Source: TPA_inf: Saccharomyces
Taxonomy: Eukaryota
NCBI GenBank assembly: GCA_000146045.2
Contig: BK006943.2
Coordinates: 384,001 to 448,000 of the forward strand
DNA: 64,000 nt
Direction of reading: 5' to 3'
Shown: piece by piece, positions 61,923 to 64,000 of the stretch
Layout of the letters: the number at the start of each line of letters is the position of its first letter
How positions within the stretch are numbered: the stretch's first letter is position 1
Made by a program: the position numbers and the translations under genes
Notes under the pieces: generated by a model
What the model saw: the letters and a program-made list of their open reading frames with translations, nothing else
Told to the model about the DNA's origin: nothing
The model's database searches: none

Positions 61923-64000
61923 ATGTCCGATCAAAAAGTTTTTGCCAGATATAAAGCAAATGAAATCGTCACAGATCTGCAACATTTTGGAGTAAAAAAG
62001 TTTAAATCGAATATAACAAGAAGGAAAAATGCTCTGAGAAAAATTATCGCCAATTTGGTTCTAGGAAACTATGGCGAAATGTCCGTTCTGTTTTCTGAGC
62101 TCTTGAAATTTTGGCAAATTGAAGATGATCTAGAAGTGAAAAGAATTTGCCATGAGTATATTAGGGTGATCGGCGCATTAAAACCTCAGCAGGCCAGAGA
62201 GGCTTTGCCATTTATAATGGACGATTTCAAAAGCAGAGATGAAAAGTTACAAATAATGGCACTAAGAACTCTGGTATTAGTCCCGGTGAAAGAGCTATCT
62301 GATCAGGCCTTCGACTGTATCATTTCATTGGTAAATCACAAGTCTCCACCTGAACAAGTGACGAGGACAGCAATTTACGCACTGTTGGATTTAGATGAAA
62401 TTGATCATGAAAGGGTATTGGGGTTATCAAGCATTCTACATGACATTGTAAAAGCACAGTCGAGCTCTCCAGAAGTCATTGTAGCTGCATTACATACTTT
62501 ATATTCCATTCACGAAAAAAACGCTAACATGGAACCCTTCAGGATTCCCTTGGAACTCGCTTTTGACATGCTAGAGCTTTTACCCGAATTAAATGAGTGG
62601 AATAAGGCTACTGTTTTGGAAGTTTTGACGACTTCGGTTGTGCCGCAGCATTATTTGGATACCCATGAAATGATCGAACTAGCTTTACCGTACCTGCAAC
62701 AAGTAAACACATACGTAGTGTTGAACTCTTTAAAATTCATCATGTACTTGTTGAATTATGTTGACGTCATCAAAGAAACTCTAGCCGAAAAGCTATCTAA
62801 CTCTGTAATAGCTTTGTTAGATAAGCCGCCTGAATTACAATTTTTAGTATTAAGAAACGTTATTCTTCTTTTATTGAGTAGGGAGTCATCTCTACTCAGG
62901 CTAGACATTTCGTATTTTTTCATCGAGTACAATGACCCCATATACATCAAAGACACGAAATTAGAGTGTTTATATCTTTTAGCTAACAAGGAAACATTAC
63001 CAAGAATTCTAGAAGAGTTGGAACAATATGCTACAGATATTGATATTCAAATGTCAAGGAAATCAGTCAGAGCCATTGGTAATCTGGCTGTTAAGCTAGA
63101 TGAAGACTCTGTACACGATTGTGTCGCTGTTCTACTAGATTTGTTAGAATTCGGTGTTGATTATGTCGTCCAGGAGATTATTTCGGTTTTCAGAAATATT
63201 TTGAGGAAATATCCCAATAATTTTAAAGCAAACGTAACAGAACTAGTCAAACACACTGAAGTTGTACAGGAACCTGAATCAAAAAACGCTATGATCTGGA
63301 TAATAACGCAATATTCGGATGTAATTCCAAACTACCTGGAGTTATTTAGAGTTTTTTCCTCAAACATGTTTAGTGAGACGCTAGAAGTGCAATTTTCCAT
63401 TCTGAACTCAGCAATAAAATTCTTCATCAGAAGTCCTACAAAGGAAACTGAAGAACTTTGTATGGATTTATTAAAAGGATGCATCGATCACGAAAATAAT
63501 CCTGACTTAAGAGATAAAACACTGATGTATTGGAGATTGCTGTCATTAACGAAAACGTCTCGTATATCAAACGCGATAACTTTTGAATCTTTAAAATCAG
63601 TACTGGACGGAGAGTTGCCACTAATAGAAATGAACACGAAATTAGATCCCACCGTTTTGGAGGAATTGGAGCTAAACATTGGTACAATAGTATCGATTTA
63701 CTTAAAACCTGTTTCTCATATCTTTAGATTGAATAAAACCAAACTGCTACCACAAAGTCCTATTTTGAATCCAAACAAAGACCTCTTGCCAGTTGTAGGT
63801 AACTCATTTCCTCCAACTGGAGCTAATAGGGACCGTCAAAATTCAGAAAGCCAGTCCTCGACGAAGTCCAGAAAGACTGCTATGATGGATGATTATGATA
63901 AGCCCGCTGAAAAAATTAATCAGTTGAAAGGTAAGCGTAAATCTAGTTCAAACAACCCCTCAAAACTATCACGGAAACCCTCAACTTTATTAAGAAAACT
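61923..64000 (+). CDS. APL1: AP-2 beta-adaptin Apl1, N-terminal ~692 aa; about 8 codons and the stop lie right of the window
   Basis: ATG at 61923 (MSDQKVFARYKANEIVTDL...). The frame is open to the window end and is absent from the track because no stop is in view. Adaptin N-terminal HEAT/ARM region. Confidence 0.85.
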   Translation, partial: MSDQKVFARYKANEIVTDLQHFGVKKFKSNITRRKNALRKIIANLVLGNYGEMSVLFSELLKFWQIEDDLEVKRICHEYIRVIGALKPQQAREALPFIMDDFKSRDEKLQIMALRTLVLVPVKELSDQAFDCIISLVNHKSPPEQVTRTAIYALLDLDEIDHERVLGLSSILHDIVKAQSSSPEVIVAALHTLYSIHEKNANMEPFRIPLELAFDMLELLPELNEWNKATVLEVLTTSVVPQHYLDTHEMIELALPYLQQVNTYVVLNSLKFIMYLLNYVDVIKETLAEKLSNSVIALLDKPPELQFLVLRNVILLLLSRESSLLRLDISYFFIEYNDPIYIKDTKLECLYLLANKETLPRILEELEQYATDIDIQMSRKSVRAIGNLAVKLDEDSVHDCVAVLLDLLEFGVDYVVQEIISVFRNILRKYPNNFKANVTELVKHTEVVQEPESKNAMIWIITQYSDVIPNYLELFRVFSSNMFSETLEVQFSILNSAIKFFIRSPTKETEELCMDLLKGCIDHENNPDLRDKTLMYWRLLSLTKTSRISNAITFESLKSVLDGELPLIEMNTKLDPTVLEELELNIGTIVSIYLKPVSHIFRLNKTKLLPQSPILNPNKDLLPVVGNSFPPTGANRDRQNSESQSSTKSRKTAMMDDYDKPAEKINQLKGKRKSSSNNPSKLSRKPSTLLRK

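Overview
This window is the centromere-proximal region of Saccharomyces cerevisiae chromosome X, running from HCA4 (YJL033W) across CEN10 to APL1 (YJR005W). The identification rests on near-exact recollection of about 35 protein sequences, six tRNA genes and the CDEI-CDEII-CDEIII point centromere. Gene order left to right: HCA4 (5' truncated), BET4, MAD2, VPS53, tM(CAU), YJL028W/YJL027C and the RNR2 regulatory region, RNR2, RRN7, APS3, tG(GCC), PET130, BBC1, MPS3, YJL016W, CCT3, MAD3, VTC4, RPC17, tK(CUU), tW(CCA), Ty LTR remnants, NOP9, CCT8, a delta LTR, tM(CAU), CTK2, tL(UAA), CYR1, SYS1, COX16, OST1, PRE3, CEN10, AVT1, MPP10, YJR003C, SAG1, APL1 (3' truncated). The ORF track translates TTG/GTG as M, so several track ORFs are over-extended and their true ATG starts are given below. 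Three spliced genes that the track cannot represent were reconstructed by hand: BET4 (exon 1 is the ATG alone), APS3 and PRE3. I see no evidence of a novel or undescribed biological system. This is a dense, well-characterised eukaryotic housekeeping region. The points worth a second look are regulatory motifs, micro-exons, tandem repeats and LTR debris around a cluster of six tRNA genes.
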